Notes: generated from the letters alone by a model not told the origin. Positions 9,640 to 20,745 are shown, counted from the first letter of the stretch. The stretch: 64,000 nt of DNA from Hyphomonadaceae bacterium (GCA_041917055.1 JAYRYJ010000003.1:153959-217958), one strand, 5' to 3'. Translations and numbers: made by a program.

Positions 9640-10685
9640 GTGATTATAGCGCCCAATTCTTAATGGGACTTGGACTATCATTGATTCTGGTTGCCTATTT
9701 CATAGTAATTTATGTTGGCATTAAGCGCAAAATTCTTACACATCGCGAAAAATCTATCAATTTGCAAAAAGCGAAACTTACTGACGAATTGATTGTCAAT
9801 TCAATGATATTCGAAAATGAAGGGCGCTTTGAGCAATTAGGAATCAATAATTCAATGATTCTAGCTAAAGTTTTCGCAAATATGGTGGCATTCTTGGATG
9901 ATGAAAAAAGCTCCAGAGAATTAGTCGCTTATTGCTCAAAGCTAAAATTAGAAAAAACCTTGATAAAACTTTCCAAATCCAAAAATGAAGAAGATAGGAT
10001 TATGGCGTGCCAAGCATTACGCTTTTTTCGAAATCGCGCTGATGCTTTGATAGAAGTCGCAAAGACTGATTTAAGCCAAAGAGTTCGGGTCGAAGCAATA
10101 TTATCTTTGGTTCATTCTTATAAAAGACCTAGTTTTGAAGAATGGTCCCGATGGATATCACTTGCAAGCCCAACCCCAAATGTTGCCATCAAAAGCTTAT
10201 TCAAACGGTCTGAAATAATCGGCATTCACAATTTAAGAAAAATAATATTGCGCTCGAATTGTGATGATATGACCAAGACTTGGGCTTTGGATGAAGTCGC
10301 AAATCGCGATCCCGCACGCGCAAATTCAATCGTCGAGAAACTTATCAATACTGACAATTTGCCAAAGCCTTATATTCGAACAATGATTAATATCATCAGT
10401 TCGCCACGTTTGCTTTCAATAGCATTTGCGCGTTTTTCAAACTCGCCACATTGGGAATTGCGCGAAGCGTGTTGCAAAACCGCCGCATCTATCTATGCCT
10501 TTGAATTATTGGATTCAGTAATGGCATTGATTAATGATTCCGATTTTCGCGTCCACCGTGCCGCAATGCAAGCAACCAAAATATTGGCCGGAATTGGCGA
10601 ATTTCCAGATCCACGTGCTATTCGCTATGGCGCAAAACCGATTTCCGCCAAAACTTCAAAACCTTTTGTGGTGAAGGCTGCATGA
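9636..10685 (+). CDS. Membrane-anchored HEAT-repeat protein
   Basis: N-terminal TM helix (LMGLGLSLILVAYFIVIYVGI). Repeated HEAT/PBS-lyase-like units (EDRIMACQALRFF; RVRVEAILSL; FRVHRAAMQATKILAGIG). ATGA overlap with upstream gene. Confidence 0.55.
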   Translation: MSDYSAQFLMGLGLSLILVAYFIVIYVGIKRKILTHREKSINLQKAKLTDELIVNSMIFENEGRFEQLGINNSMILAKVFANMVAFLDDEKSSRELVAYCSKLKLEKTLIKLSKSKNEEDRIMACQALRFFRNRADALIEVAKTDLSQRVRVEAILSLVHSYKRPSFEEWSRWISLASPTPNVAIKSLFKRSEIIGIHNLRKIILRSNCDDMTKTWALDEVANRDPARANSIVEKLINTDNLPKPYIRTMINIISSPRLLSIAFARFSNSPHWELREACCKTAASIYAFELLDSVMALINDSDFRVHRAAMQATKILAGIGEFPDPRAIRYGAKPISAKTSKPFVVKAA

Positions 10686-12112
10686 GTATCGATTTTGCCC
10701 TAATTATCGAGGCCATCGCGCTTTTGATAATTTTCTCTGGCATAATGCATGGGGTTTTTGCGACATTGCAATTATTTGTCGCCTATGGCGAATATTATTG
10801 CTTACCGCCTATAAATGAAACCAAGGAGCAATGGCTTCATTATGCCGAATTTGCACCGTCAATTTCAATATTAGTTCCAGCGTTCAATGAAGAAAAAACC
10901 ATTCTTTCGAGTGTTGGGGCATTGCTCGCCAATGAATATCCAGACTTTGAATTGATTGTAATAAATGACGGGTCCATCGATGCGACTTCTCAATTATTGC
11001 GTGAAGAATTTGATTTAACACCAATTGAAAAGCCCGAACTTGGGGTTTCTTTTGCAAATTCTTTGCATCATAGACAAATCAAAGAAATTTATCGTTCGCG
11101 CTCATTTAGCAATTTGACGCTTATTGATAAGGAAAACGGCGGCAAAGCTGATGCATTGAATGCCGGCGTTAATATTGCGAAAGGCGAATATATTTGCGTC
11201 ATTGACGCCGATTCAATTCTCGATAAAGACGCATTATTGCGCGCGTCAAAAGCATTTATTAACTCACCCAAGCAGATTGTTGCGATTGGTGGCGCGATTA
11301 GAGTTGCAAATGGCTGCAAGATTAAGGGTAATGAAATATCTGAAATTGGCCTCCCTAAAACCCTTTTGCCATTATTTCAAACCGTTGAATATCTAAGAAC
11401 TTTCCATATTGCGCGCACTGCTATGAGTACAGCAGGCGCTTTGTCGCTTATTTCCGGTGCATTCGGATTATTTTCGCGTGATATTATTGTGAATGTCGGC
11501 GGCTATTCGCGCAACACTGTCGGCGAAGATTATGAATTGTGCCTTCGCATTCACCGTTATTTAGGCGACAAAGGAATTAATGACAAAACTATGGTTTATT
11601 GCCCCGAGGCAATTTGTTGGACGCAAACCCCCGAAAATCTCTCTAGCCTTCGTAATCAAAGAATAAGATGGCAAAAAGGCGCATTAGAGGCGTTGGGGCA
11701 AAATTCAAGATTAATGCTTAATCCAAAATATGGGCGTACAGGTACAATATCAAGTTTTGAAAGCCTGGTTAGCGACGTGCTTACGCCATTAACTGAGTTT
11801 TTGGGCCATTTAATAACCCCTATTGCCGCTATTTTTGGAATACTTAGCATCAAATATTATCTTGCATATTTTGCAATCTCCGCTGCTTTTGGCGTGCTGC
11901 ATTCTGCGGGTGCAATAGTGCTTGAAGAAATGCGGTTTCGTAGATTCCCCAAGATTTCAGATCTTTTTATTCTTTTCGGAATTTCTTTACTTGAGAACTT
12001 TGGTTATCGGCAATTATGCGGGGTCTGGCGATTAATGGGTTTCATCCAGTATTTACAAGGAAAAAAGGAATGGGGAAAAATAGAGCGGCAAGCATTTCTG
12101 ACTTCCGAATGA
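10682..12112 (+). CDS. Processive family-2 glycosyltransferase (polysaccharide synthase; PgaC/NodC/BcsA-like)
   Basis: N-terminal TM, GT2 core with DGS (INDGSIDAT), DAD (VIDADS), GED (VGEDYELCLRI) and QxxRW (QRIRWQKG) motifs, C-terminal TM helices. ATGA overlap with upstream gene. Confidence 0.75.
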   Translation: MSIDFALIIEAIALLIIFSGIMHGVFATLQLFVAYGEYYCLPPINETKEQWLHYAEFAPSISILVPAFNEEKTILSSVGALLANEYPDFELIVINDGSIDATSQLLREEFDLTPIEKPELGVSFANSLHHRQIKEIYRSRSFSNLTLIDKENGGKADALNAGVNIAKGEYICVIDADSILDKDALLRASKAFINSPKQIVAIGGAIRVANGCKIKGNEISEIGLPKTLLPLFQTVEYLRTFHIARTAMSTAGALSLISGAFGLFSRDIIVNVGGYSRNTVGEDYELCLRIHRYLGDKGINDKTMVYCPEAICWTQTPENLSSLRNQRIRWQKGALEALGQNSRLMLNPKYGRTGTISSFESLVSDVLTPLTEFLGHLITPIAAIFGILSIKYYLAYFAISAAFGVLHSAGAIVLEEMRFRRFPKISDLFILFGISLLENFGYRQLCGVWRLMGFIQYLQGKKEWGKIERQAFLTSE

Positions 12113-12441
12113 AATCGGATGAATTCGAAGCCGAAATAACAAAACTTAGAATCAAATATAAAGCGAAACTTGCAATATCGCGTTGTGAGATTTTGAATTT
12201 TATTGATCAAATAGAAGAATTTCCACACGATTCCATAAATTTCGATCAAATGAAAATATTGATACACACTTTGGCCGGCAATGGCGCGACCCTAGGGTTT
12301 GCAACCATATCAAATGCCGCCTCGAAACTCGATTCCTATCTCCAAGAATTCGCTATCAGAGAATATGATTTGCCGACATTAAAACAAATGTCGCGCGACC
12401 TAACGAAAGCAATCGAAAAATCAATTCGCACCGACTTTTAA
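12109..12441 (+). CDS. Hpt (histidine phosphotransfer) domain protein
   Basis: ILIHTLAGNGATLGFATISNAASKLD matches the Hpt HxxKGxxxxxG signature. ATGA overlap with the GT2 gene stop. The upstream in-frame extension from 12016 is likely not translated. Confidence 0.6.
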   Translation: MKSDEFEAEITKLRIKYKAKLAISRCEILNFIDQIEEFPHDSINFDQMKILIHTLAGNGATLGFATISNAASKLDSYLQEFAIREYDLPTLKQMSRDLTKAIEKSIRTDF

Positions 12442-13902
12442 CAGGTGTTCTTCCAAATCATATTCTTTTAATTTGCGATATAGGGTCGAGCGACCAATCC
12501 CTAAACGACGCGCAATTTCGGTCATGTGGCCTGAATATAAATCAATTGCATATTCGATCAAATCGCGTTCGATTTGTTCAAGTTTGCGCAAATGGCCACC
12601 TGGATCAAAAATCGGAATTTGTTGCGCTGTTTCACCATTTGCCGCCACCATCGGCATTGGCATTGGAAGGGGCGCATTGGCGATTTCTTTGAATTCCATT
12701 TCAAACGAATTTGCAGGTTTCAAATCCGGCATTGCCGAAACCAATTGCGGGAAATCTTCATTGGTAAGGAAATCACCATCTGACAAAACCATTGCACGAT
12801 ATAGCGTATTTTCCAATTGGCGCACATTGCCGGGCCAATCGAAGGCCTGCAACAGTGCTTGGGCATTTGGTGCAACGCCCAAAACTTTTTTACCCATGTC
12901 GGCATTAAAGCGCGAAATGAAATGTTTTGACAAGGCCGGAATATCTTCTTTGCGTTCCCGCAAAGTCGGGGCATCAATCGGGAAAACATTCAAGCGATAG
13001 AATAGGTCTTCGCGGAAACGCCCTTCTTGCACCAAACGCGCCAAATCCTTATTAGTGGCGGCAACAATTCTTACATCAACCTTAATCGGGCGTTTTGAAC
13101 CGATTGGATCAACTTCGGATTCTTGAAGTGCGCGCAATAATTTGACTTGCATTTCCAACGGCAATTCGCCGACTTCATCAAGGAATAAAGTGCCGCCGTC
13201 CGCCTCTTGGAATTTACCCATATGGCGTTCATTCGCGCCGGTAAATGAACCTTTTTCGTGACCGAATAGAATGGATTCGACCAGGTTTTCAGGAATCGCA
13301 CCGCAATTGACAGTAATAATCGGGCGGTGGGCGCGCTCGGATTCGCCATGAATTGAACGAGCAATAACCTCTTTACCAACACCGGATTCACCCAAAATCA
13401 AAACCGGAATATTGGTTGAGGCCGCTTTTTGACCAAGACGAATGACTTGTTTCATGCTAACAGCGCCCGCAATCATATCAGCAAAAGTCATTGAGCCTGA
13501 TGCACGTTTTTTAAGGCGGCGCACTTCATTAGTGAGTTCACCCATTTTAAGGGCGTTTCGGATTGAAACTAAAACCCGTTCGGGTGATGCGGGTTTAACA
13601 AAAAAGTCGTTCGCCCCGCCCTGCATGGCTTTAACCACAGTATCGATGCCACCTGAAGCAGTCAGAACGACGACGGGCAAATCTTCGCGTTTTTGGCGGA
13701 TTTGGGCTAAAGCCTCCATGCCACTTACACCCGGCATAATTAGGTCTAGCAAGACAACATCGACTGCGGCATCATTGGCTTGAGCAATTGCTTGTTCGCC
13801 GTCTTCTGCCATTCTTGTGGCAAAGCCTTGTCTTTCGACCGCTGCTTGAAGCAAGCGACGTTGCGCCGGATCGTCATCGACGATTAAAATAGTCTTTGTC
13901 AT
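12421..13902 (-). CDS. Sigma-54-dependent Fis-family response regulator (NtrC/NtrX/FlbD-like enhancer-binding protein)
   Basis: REC domain ([14 protein letters not shown]...VLLDLIMPG), AAA+ sigma-54 interaction domain (GESGVGKE; GAFTGA-like GSFTGA; ESELFGHEKG), C-terminal Fis HTH ([18 protein letters not shown]). Confidence 0.85.
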   Translation of the reverse strand: MTKTILIVDDDPAQRRLLQAAVERQGFATRMAEDGEQAIAQANDAAVDVVLLDLIMPGVSGMEALAQIRQKREDLPVVVLTASGGIDTVVKAMQGGANDFFVKPASPERVLVSIRNALKMGELTNEVRRLKKRASGSMTFADMIAGAVSMKQVIRLGQKAASTNIPVLILGESGVGKEVIARSIHGESERAHRPIITVNCGAIPENLVESILFGHEKGSFTGANERHMGKFQEADGGTLFLDEVGELPLEMQVKLLRALQESEVDPIGSKRPIKVDVRIVAATNKDLARLVQEGRFREDLFYRLNVFPIDAPTLRERKEDIPALSKHFISRFNADMGKKVLGVAPNAQALLQAFDWPGNVRQLENTLYRAMVLSDGDFLTNEDFPQLVSAMPDLKPANSFEMEFKEIANAPLPMPMPMVAANGETAQQIPIFDPGGHLRKLEQIERDLIEYAIDLYSGHMTEIARRLGIGRSTLYRKLKEYDLEEHLLKVGAN

Positions 13903-14024
13903 TCACACCACCATTTGCCGAGTTTCAGCAATTTTGTTTTGCGCCATTTTTGGACACTTATTAATTATTGGGTGTTTTACGGCAAAAAGTTAAAGATACG
14001 GTTTATTTTGGGACAGATTCAACA

Positions 14025-14504
14025 TTACTCCCTGTCCCAAATTGAATTTGGCGGCCTTTTTCTCACAATGATACGTAATTTTTCGGCCTCTGATGGTGAT
14101 TTTTCGACCAAAAGTCTCATTATCTGACTATCATCGTGAAAGACATGGCCCTTAATCCCATCAAGAACCGCTTTTGCAACATTATCGACGTCAATTTTTG
14201 GATATTCTGGATTAAGATAAATCGAAATATCAATTTCAAAATCACCCCATTTCGGTCTAAGCGGCATATAGGTGCGAAAGAATTTATGCAATTCTTGTTT
14301 ATAGACCCTTGCTTGTGAGGTCACTTCATTGATTTCAAATTCCCATTCATTTTCGCCCGCAAAACCGCGAACCACTGCGCCGCCTATATATTTGTTATTC
14401 TCAGTCACGCGTGCAGCTTGCCTGATAATCGCCAAACGCGAGGGCGATGCGGTTTGCATCAGAATCGGTCCATGAATAAATGTCCGAATAATCGTCTTTG
14501 CCAA
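14025..14504 (-). CDS. RusA-like Holliday-junction resolvase fragment (probable phage-derived remnant; start uncertain)
   Basis: KIDVDNVAKAVLDGIKGHVFHDDSQI matches the RusA catalytic signature DxDNxxKAxxDAL...DDxQV. N-terminal ~35 codons overlap the convergent upstream ORF, and the typical RusA N-terminus (LPWPPS) is missing. Confidence 0.4.
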   Translation of the reverse strand: MAKTIIRTFIHGPILMQTASPSRLAIIRQAARVTENNKYIGGAVVRGFAGENEWEFEINEVTSQARVYKQELHKFFRTYMPLRPKWGDFEIDISIYLNPEYPKIDVDNVAKAVLDGIKGHVFHDDSQIMRLLVEKSPSEAEKLRIIVRKRPPNSIWDRE

Positions 14505-15423
14505 GCAATAAATAAAGCGTCAAAGACGGGCGATTATTGCCCAAGGGCCAAACAACGTCGCGCAATCTTAGACGAATATTTTTTGTCCCCAATTTGACAT
14601 TTGCATGGCCACCTTGATCATGGATTTTGAAGTCGGATTTGGTTTTATATTCCTTGCCGTCAAAACCCGATGCCCAACAAGTGAAAATATTTGCCTTTTT
14701 GTATTGGTTTGGGCCGTGATCATAATTGCCGAAAACTTTTTCGCCTTTTTCGTTTTTCGCAATATCAGAAATATGCCAATTCTTAGCTGCTATCGAATGC
14801 GTTTCACCCAAATTCAAAATTTCGCCTTTTTTGGTTTGGATTTTACAAGTTTGCGCATTTATGGCGCCGGTAAAGCCAGCTGCATTAGGTTCGAAAACAA
14901 TATTGCAGCCTTCCAAGGCCGTGAATTCCGAAACTTTTGGCGTTGTATAATTTGCGCCTGCTTTTGGTTCGAATTGGGTAATATTGATTTTACCGCTTTG
15001 ATAATCAGGACTTAGACCCCAAATGCGCGATCGCAAAACATTGCCGTGTTCTGAACCTTCAAAATATTCAATTAATAATGCAAAATCGCCAAATTCTTTG
15101 CTTTCAATAGAACTTAGGACAATGTGAAAACGATTATGGGATTTTTCTTTTGGCGTATCTAATTCAGGTTCAAAAAATACCTGCAACTCATTGTCCCATT
15201 CACCTTTTAAGGTTTCGAACAATTGTTTTGTTTGATTTTGCAGAACTTGTGCACTCAAAGTCACTGGCGCGGGGGAATGTGGCTTTGCATTTGGCGCAAC
15301 ATCTGTTTTTGGGAAAATGACAGGTGTTCCGACCGTTTGCTTTAATTCAGTTTGCGGAAACGGCGGAATATGCGGATTTTCGCCGCCATTCATTCCCAAA
15401 AATAAAGACAAAGCCAAAAGCAT
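14401..15423 (-). CDS. Secreted hypothetical protein (possibly lipocalin/CpcT-like beta-barrel)
   Basis: Signal peptide MLLALSLFLGMNGG. 340 aa, no recognisable catalytic motifs. Family assignment is a guess. Confidence 0.4.
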   Translation of the reverse strand: MLLALSLFLGMNGGENPHIPPFPQTELKQTVGTPVIFPKTDVAPNAKPHSPAPVTLSAQVLQNQTKQLFETLKGEWDNELQVFFEPELDTPKEKSHNRFHIVLSSIESKEFGDFALLIEYFEGSEHGNVLRSRIWGLSPDYQSGKINITQFEPKAGANYTTPKVSEFTALEGCNIVFEPNAAGFTGAINAQTCKIQTKKGEILNLGETHSIAAKNWHISDIAKNEKGEKVFGNYDHGPNQYKKANIFTCWASGFDGKEYKTKSDFKIHDQGGHANVKLGTKNIRLRLRDVVWPLGNNRPSLTLYLLLGKDDYSDIYSWTDSDANRIALAFGDYQASCTRD

Positions 15424-15480
15424 ATTTCACCTATTGGCTAAGATTCGCACGATTTGTTAAACAAATCTTATGCGGCGCAA

Positions 15481-16647
15481 TCAAATTTCTGCCATTAATG
15501 TCAAAGTCATTGTCTGATTGTGCAAACTACAAAGACGCGTCTTTTTATGAGGTGCGATTTCACCATACGAATGGAAGCCTATTAATTGTGAATCCGGCAA
15601 TAATTCTTTGACTTTGGAAATTTCGCGCGAGGTTTCATCGCCCATCAAAAGTCGCCGCCCAACGCAAGAAACGCCCAATGCGATAACTGGTTCGTGACCA
15701 TCACTAATTTCTTTGAAGGCCTCAATCGCTTTTTGCGCACTTTGTGCTGCGCCATTTACCAACATATTATTGGTGGCACGCATTAGACGCGCATTCCAAC
15801 CTTGAGGAACGTCCCCGGCAAAAGTCAATGAGCCTTCTTTTTCGTCACAGGCAAGCAGGGTGCGAACAATATCATGCTCAGGATAAGATGGATGCCAAAT
15901 CCTTAAAGGAAACAAAAGGCCGGACGCAGGAAGGTTTTTACTTTCTTCACCCATTTGTGCAGCATAAGTCGCGAATGCCGATTTACCGCTTAATTCAGTC
16001 ATAATATTGGCATTGGATTTGGTAATCGTCCAAGTATCGCCAAAATCTTCCCAGCCACCATCAGAACCATAAGCAATTCTTAGATTATTGCCATAAAAAC
16101 CAATTGCAATCACGCGGTTTTCGACCGCCTTGCCTTTTTCAATTATCAAAGTCTTGGTAAATCTTGCGCCATCGCCTGCTAAACCGCCACTGACCGGAAT
16201 TCGACCACCAAGGACGGACAAAATACCGCCCACGATGTCGGAGCCATTGACATTCAATCCATCAGAAATGACATAAACGCCCGCTAAGTCAGGTTCTTTC
16301 AATCTAAGGCCTAAGCGCGCACCGACATTAAAACTGTCATTTGGCGAAGTGATAGTCTCGGTGGCCATTTCCAATTTCGTGCTTTCAAAGCCGATCGCAA
16401 TTCCGACACAACCTTTGTCGAGCATAGAATTATTTGAAAACGAGGTTCCGGCAGAACAACCGGTCACGATTGCATTTGGAAATTTCTCCTGCAATTTTTG
16501 CGGAATTTCACAATTTGAAATTTCGTCTGTCGGACCAAAAAGCAATATAAGATTTGGCGGGCACGCCCTGTCGCCGAAATCATTACTCAATAATTCTTCT
16601 GCATTTGAAAAAGTTTGTGACCACATATCATTATCCTTGGGTAACAT
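15481..16647 (-). CDS. FIST-domain (FIST N + FIST C) putative sensory protein
   Basis: 388 aa soluble protein with domain-scale resemblance to FIST signalling proteins. Moderate confidence from pattern only. Confidence 0.4.
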   Translation of the reverse strand: MLPKDNDMWSQTFSNAEELLSNDFGDRACPPNLILLFGPTDEISNCEIPQKLQEKFPNAIVTGCSAGTSFSNNSMLDKGCVGIAIGFESTKLEMATETITSPNDSFNVGARLGLRLKEPDLAGVYVISDGLNVNGSDIVGGILSVLGGRIPVSGGLAGDGARFTKTLIIEKGKAVENRVIAIGFYGNNLRIAYGSDGGWEDFGDTWTITKSNANIMTELSGKSAFATYAAQMGEESKNLPASGLLFPLRIWHPSYPEHDIVRTLLACDEKEGSLTFAGDVPQGWNARLMRATNNMLVNGAAQSAQKAIEAFKEISDGHEPVIALGVSCVGRRLLMGDETSREISKVKELLPDSQLIGFHSYGEIAPHKKTRLCSLHNQTMTLTLMAEI

Positions 16648-16809
16648 TCTGCCCTAAGATTGTTAATTTTTTTTTGAAGCCACTGCGATTGAATTGCATT
16701 ATTATAGCAGAATTTTGCATAAACCATTGCAAAAATACTTGACAGTGCGGTGCAACTAATGCGCCTATTGCAAAAACAAAGCATTTTATACCGGGCGAAA
16801 GAGGAGATT

Positions 16810-17586
16810 ATGGAATTGGCAATCAATAAAAATGTCAATGCGGCAATCGATGTAAAGCAAGTTGCGCGCGACTCCCATTGGGGCTGGATGTCTCGCGGTT
16901 GGGAAACCTTCACGAAGAGCCGTGCACCAAGTTTGAAAATCGGTGCAGGCGTTGTTGTATTTTCCGGTCTTCTGGTTTTCATTCTCTATAAAGCAAACCT
17001 TGGGGTATTTATTCCGGCGGCCTATGGCGCATTTGCTTTAGTTGGGCCTGTGATTGCGACCTTGATTTATGCCATAAGTCGCAAACAAGAAGATGACGGT
17101 AAAGTGCGCAAATTGCGCACTGTCAATCTTAGCCCCACTTCCCCTTCCCAAGTTGGCTTCATCGGCTTTACGCTTTTAGTGATTGTGATGATTTGGGTAC
17201 TTATGGCGCTTTTGATTTACGCTTTGTCGGTCGGCATTGGCGCACCAATGAATGAAAGTGATTTTATCAGATATGTCCTTTCAACACCACGCGGGCTTAT
17301 GATGGCGGTTTTGGGAACAGGTGTAGGCGGCACTTTGGCATTGATTGGTTATGCGATTTCGGCAATTTCAATTCCTTTGGCTTATGAGCGCGATATAGAC
17401 GCATTAAGCGCAATGGCGATTTCGGCCCAAGCGGTGATTAAAAACCCAACTACAATGCTTTCTTGGGCATTTGTGATTGGCGTCGTGGTGGCACTTTCCG
17501 CGCCATTCGCATTTTTGCCAATGATTGTCGCCTTCCCATGGTTAGGTCACACCACATGGCAAGCATATCGCGATTTGATTGATTGA
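16810..17586 (+). CDS. Integral membrane protein, DUF2189-like (paralog 1)
   Basis: HWGWMSRGWETF... then 5-6 TM helices. Paralogous (about 45% identity) to the next gene. Confidence 0.4.
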   Translation: MELAINKNVNAAIDVKQVARDSHWGWMSRGWETFTKSRAPSLKIGAGVVVFSGLLVFILYKANLGVFIPAAYGAFALVGPVIATLIYAISRKQEDDGKVRKLRTVNLSPTSPSQVGFIGFTLLVIVMIWVLMALLIYALSVGIGAPMNESDFIRYVLSTPRGLMMAVLGTGVGGTLALIGYAISAISIPLAYERDIDALSAMAISAQAVIKNPTTMLSWAFVIGVVVALSAPFAFLPMIVAFPWLGHTTWQAYRDLID

Positions 17587-17607
17587 TTTTCCATTGACGG
17601 GGGCAAA

Positions 17608-18387
17608 ATGTCAAAGGATTATATCGCAAATCGTTTAATGGTCGCGACATTACCAAAGGACGCCCATTGGGGTTGGTTGGCGCGCGGTTGGGCGACATTT
17701 AAGAATAGTGTCCGCCCTAGTTTTATTATTGGTACCTATGTTGTCGGCCTTTCATGGGCTTTGATTCTGTTTCTTTATACAATCAAATTTCCGACATTAA
17801 TTCCCGCGGCTTATGGTGGCTTTATCCTGATTGGGCCGATTATTGCGACCTTTATTTATGCTATAAGTCGTGAAGTCGATAAGAATGGTTCGGCAAATAA
17901 ATTTCGCAAAATTGATATGGCGCCCAATTCCAAATCGCAATTGGGATTTATTGGTTTCTCGTTGTTTTTTGTCGTGGTGGTTTGGCTTATTTTCGCGCAT
18001 TTGATTTGGTCCATGGCGGTCGGAATGGGAACAGCGATGGATGAAGCTAAGTTTCTTCGCCTTGTCTTTCAAACCTCGCGCGGCCTGACTATGTTGGTAA
18101 TCGGCACGGCAGTTGGCGGAGTTTTGGCGACCATTTGTTTTTCCATTGCCGCAATTTCATTACCGCTGACTTTTGACAAAGATATTGACGCATTAAGTGC
18201 AATGGCATTTTCAGTTATGAGCGTTTTCAAGAATCCGTTGCAAATGGCGTCTTGGGGTTTTGTTATTCTTATTAGTATTGCGCTTTCGGCAATGGTCTTA
18301 TTCATTCCAATGATTGTGGTCTTCCCATGGCTGGGCCATGTTGCGTGGCAGGCATATAAGGAATTGATTGTCGAAAAGCCGTCATAA
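17608..18387 (+). CDS. Integral membrane protein, DUF2189-like (paralog 2)
   Basis: [12 protein letters not shown]..., same architecture. Ends [16 protein letters not shown] versus FPWLGHTTWQAYRDLI in paralog 1. Confidence 0.4.
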   Translation: MSKDYIANRLMVATLPKDAHWGWLARGWATFKNSVRPSFIIGTYVVGLSWALILFLYTIKFPTLIPAAYGGFILIGPIIATFIYAISREVDKNGSANKFRKIDMAPNSKSQLGFIGFSLFFVVVVWLIFAHLIWSMAVGMGTAMDEAKFLRLVFQTSRGLTMLVIGTAVGGVLATICFSIAAISLPLTFDKDIDALSAMAFSVMSVFKNPLQMASWGFVILISIALSAMVLFIPMIVVFPWLGHVAWQAYKELIVEKPS

Positions 18388-18534
18388 AGGCTTATCATCA
18401 TCCTCAATAAGAATGCGGTTTGCCGCCCCATCGGGGTCGTCATATTGCTTTGATTTCACCGTCCAAATAAAGGCCGCAAGGGCAAGGGCCGCGACGAAAA
18501 ATGCAATCGGAATAAGGTAAAGAATAGATTCCAT
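18382..18534 (-). CDS. ccoS: cbb3 oxidase maturation protein CcoS/FixS (50 aa). Not in ORF track
   Basis: Manual translation: [50 protein letters not shown]. Start codon 1 nt after the ccoI stop. Confidence 0.7.
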   Translation of the reverse strand: MESILYLIPIAFFVAALALAAFIWTVKSKQYDDPDGAANRILIEDDDKPL

Positions 18535-18535
18535 T

Positions 18536-20701
18536 TTATTTCTTCAATTTAACAAGACGCAATGCATTAAGACTTACAATAATCGAAGATGACGACATTG
18601 CAATTGCGGCAATTTGTGGCGTTACCAGACCGATAATGGCAATTGGAACAGTGATTAAATTATAAAGTGCCGAGAACCAAAAATTCTCCAAGACCCTTTG
18701 TTTTGCGAGTTTTGAAATTCTTATCGCTTCCAAAATCGCGCCTAATTCTTGGCCTTGGAAAACCATATCTGCGGCTGATTGGGACGCATCCGCAGCCGCA
18801 CCCGGCGCGATTGAGGCATGGGCTTTGGCAAGGCTTGGGGCATCATTAAGGCCGTCACCAACCATAATCGCCATTTTCCCCTGTGCTTTTAATTCATCAA
18901 GGCGTTTGGCTTTATCAAATGGCGATTGGGCAAAGGCGAATTTTTCAATTCCCGTTTCTTGTGCCACGTATTCAACCGCAGATTTTCTATCGCCCGAAAG
19001 GATTTCGATTTCGTAGCCAAGCTCTCTTAGGGCTTTGACGGTTTTCACCGTATCTTTGCGCAAAGTATCCTCAAAGACAAATCTTTGCGGTGCATTATTG
19101 GCGTGTTTGAACCATAATTCGGTGTCGCTTTCTTCATTAGTTTCGACACCAACCCATTCGGCGCGACCCATTCGTGCAGGCGCGCCATCAATCAAGCCTT
19201 CGACACCGAGTCCCGCATGTTCTGTGACATCCTTAGCAGCCGAACCAGGGCCTGCGAGGCGTGCAATTGCGCGTGCAAGTGGGTGACGTGAAGCGCGCGC
19301 CAAAATCGCCGCATTTTGCAAAACCGATGGCGTGATTTCATCAATGTTTTTGATATTGGGTTGCCCCAAAGTTAAAACCCCGGTTTTGTCAAAAACAATA
19401 TTTGTCGCCTGTGCCACACGTTCCAAAGCATCGCCAGATTTAACCAAAATCCCTGCTTTAAAAAGACGTCCGGATGCCACAACCTGCACCGCAGGTACGG
19501 CAAGACCCAATGCGCAAGGACAAGTTATAATCAAAACTGCACAAGCATTCCAAATCGCTTTTTCAAAACCCGCACCGATTATTAACCACCCAATAAAGGT
19601 CAAAAGCGCCGCACCATGAACAATCGGCACATATAAAGACGCAGCTTTATCGGCAAGACGCACATATTTGCTTTTTGATTGCTCGCCGGTTTCGACCAAA
19701 CGCGCAATTTCGTTTAGGAAACTATCGTCGGATAATTTTGTGGCGCGCATAATCACTTTGCCGGAAATATTCAATACACCCGCGCGAATTGCCTGCCCCA
19801 CGCCGATTTGCACGGGAATTGTTTCGCCGGTTATCATTGAAAAATCGCCTTGCGATGCGCCTTCGGTGATTTCGCCATCGATTGGAAATCTATCCCCCGG
19901 TAAAATTACTAATTCGTCGCCCAAATTTATGTTTGAAACCGCAACCGAAGTGCTTGTGCCGTCTTTATTTAGCCTTTGCGCTGTAACGGCCTGAAGCGCC
20001 AATAATTCTTGTGCCGCAATGCGCGATTTTTGGCGTAAATTATGGTCAAGATAGCGCCCGATTAGCAAAAAGAATTCGAGCATCACAATTGCATCAAAAA
20101 ACGCGTGCTGCCCGCGATTTACGGTTGAATAAAGGCTTAAAGCCGCAGTCAGAAGAATGGCAATCGAAATCGGCACATCCATATTGGCATGGCCCTTTTT
20201 TAAAGTGTTCCAAGCATTTTTGAAAAACGGCATGCCCGAATACCAACCGGCCGGAATTGCGATTGCAGCAGCCAACCAATGAAGGAATGTGCGCGTACCA
20301 TCGCCCATTTCGCCATATTTATGCGCCCACCAAACCGGTTCGGTAAGCATCATAACGAACATAGTTGCCGCACCCGCGACCGTCATAGCATATAATAATT
20401 CGCGCGATTCGCGGTCTTTTTGGGCATTGGCGATTTCGGGCGCGAATGGCATTGCGCCATAACCTAAATCCACAATTTTTTGAACAATCGAACGCGAATC
20501 TAATTTTTCATCATGCCATTTCGCCACAAATCTTCCGGTCGAAAGATTAAGGCGTGCCTCATCAATTCCCTCAATTGCGGCGACACCTTTTTCGATTTTC
20601 CCTAAGCAATTGGCGCATTTAGCGCCGCGCACCAAAAGTTCCAAAACAAAACCACCATCGCGGGATTTCACAAAAGCGCGTGGATCGGCGGCATTTGACA
20701 T
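18536..20701 (-). CDS. ccoI: Copper-translocating P1B-type ATPase CcoI/FixI
   Basis: HMA CxxC (CANCLGKIE), CPC (ITCPCALG), DKTGTLT ([10 protein letters not shown]), GDGxND (VGDGLNDAP). Sits within fixGHIS. Confidence 0.85.
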   Translation of the reverse strand: MSNAADPRAFVKSRDGGFVLELLVRGAKCANCLGKIEKGVAAIEGIDEARLNLSTGRFVAKWHDEKLDSRSIVQKIVDLGYGAMPFAPEIANAQKDRESRELLYAMTVAGAATMFVMMLTEPVWWAHKYGEMGDGTRTFLHWLAAAIAIPAGWYSGMPFFKNAWNTLKKGHANMDVPISIAILLTAALSLYSTVNRGQHAFFDAIVMLEFFLLIGRYLDHNLRQKSRIAAQELLALQAVTAQRLNKDGTSTSVAVSNINLGDELVILPGDRFPIDGEITEGASQGDFSMITGETIPVQIGVGQAIRAGVLNISGKVIMRATKLSDDSFLNEIARLVETGEQSKSKYVRLADKAASLYVPIVHGAALLTFIGWLIIGAGFEKAIWNACAVLIITCPCALGLAVPAVQVVASGRLFKAGILVKSGDALERVAQATNIVFDKTGVLTLGQPNIKNIDEITPSVLQNAAILARASRHPLARAIARLAGPGSAAKDVTEHAGLGVEGLIDGAPARMGRAEWVGVETNEESDTELWFKHANNAPQRFVFEDTLRKDTVKTVKALRELGYEIEILSGDRKSAVEYVAQETGIEKFAFAQSPFDKAKRLDELKAQGKMAIMVGDGLNDAPSLAKAHASIAPGAAADASQSAADMVFQGQELGAILEAIRISKLAKQRVLENFWFSALYNLITVPIAIIGLVTPQIAAIAMSSSSIIVSLNALRLVKLKK

Positions 20702-20745
20702 TGGCGCCGCGATTTCAAGCCCTGAAGGGCAGCCCCGATCTATTT

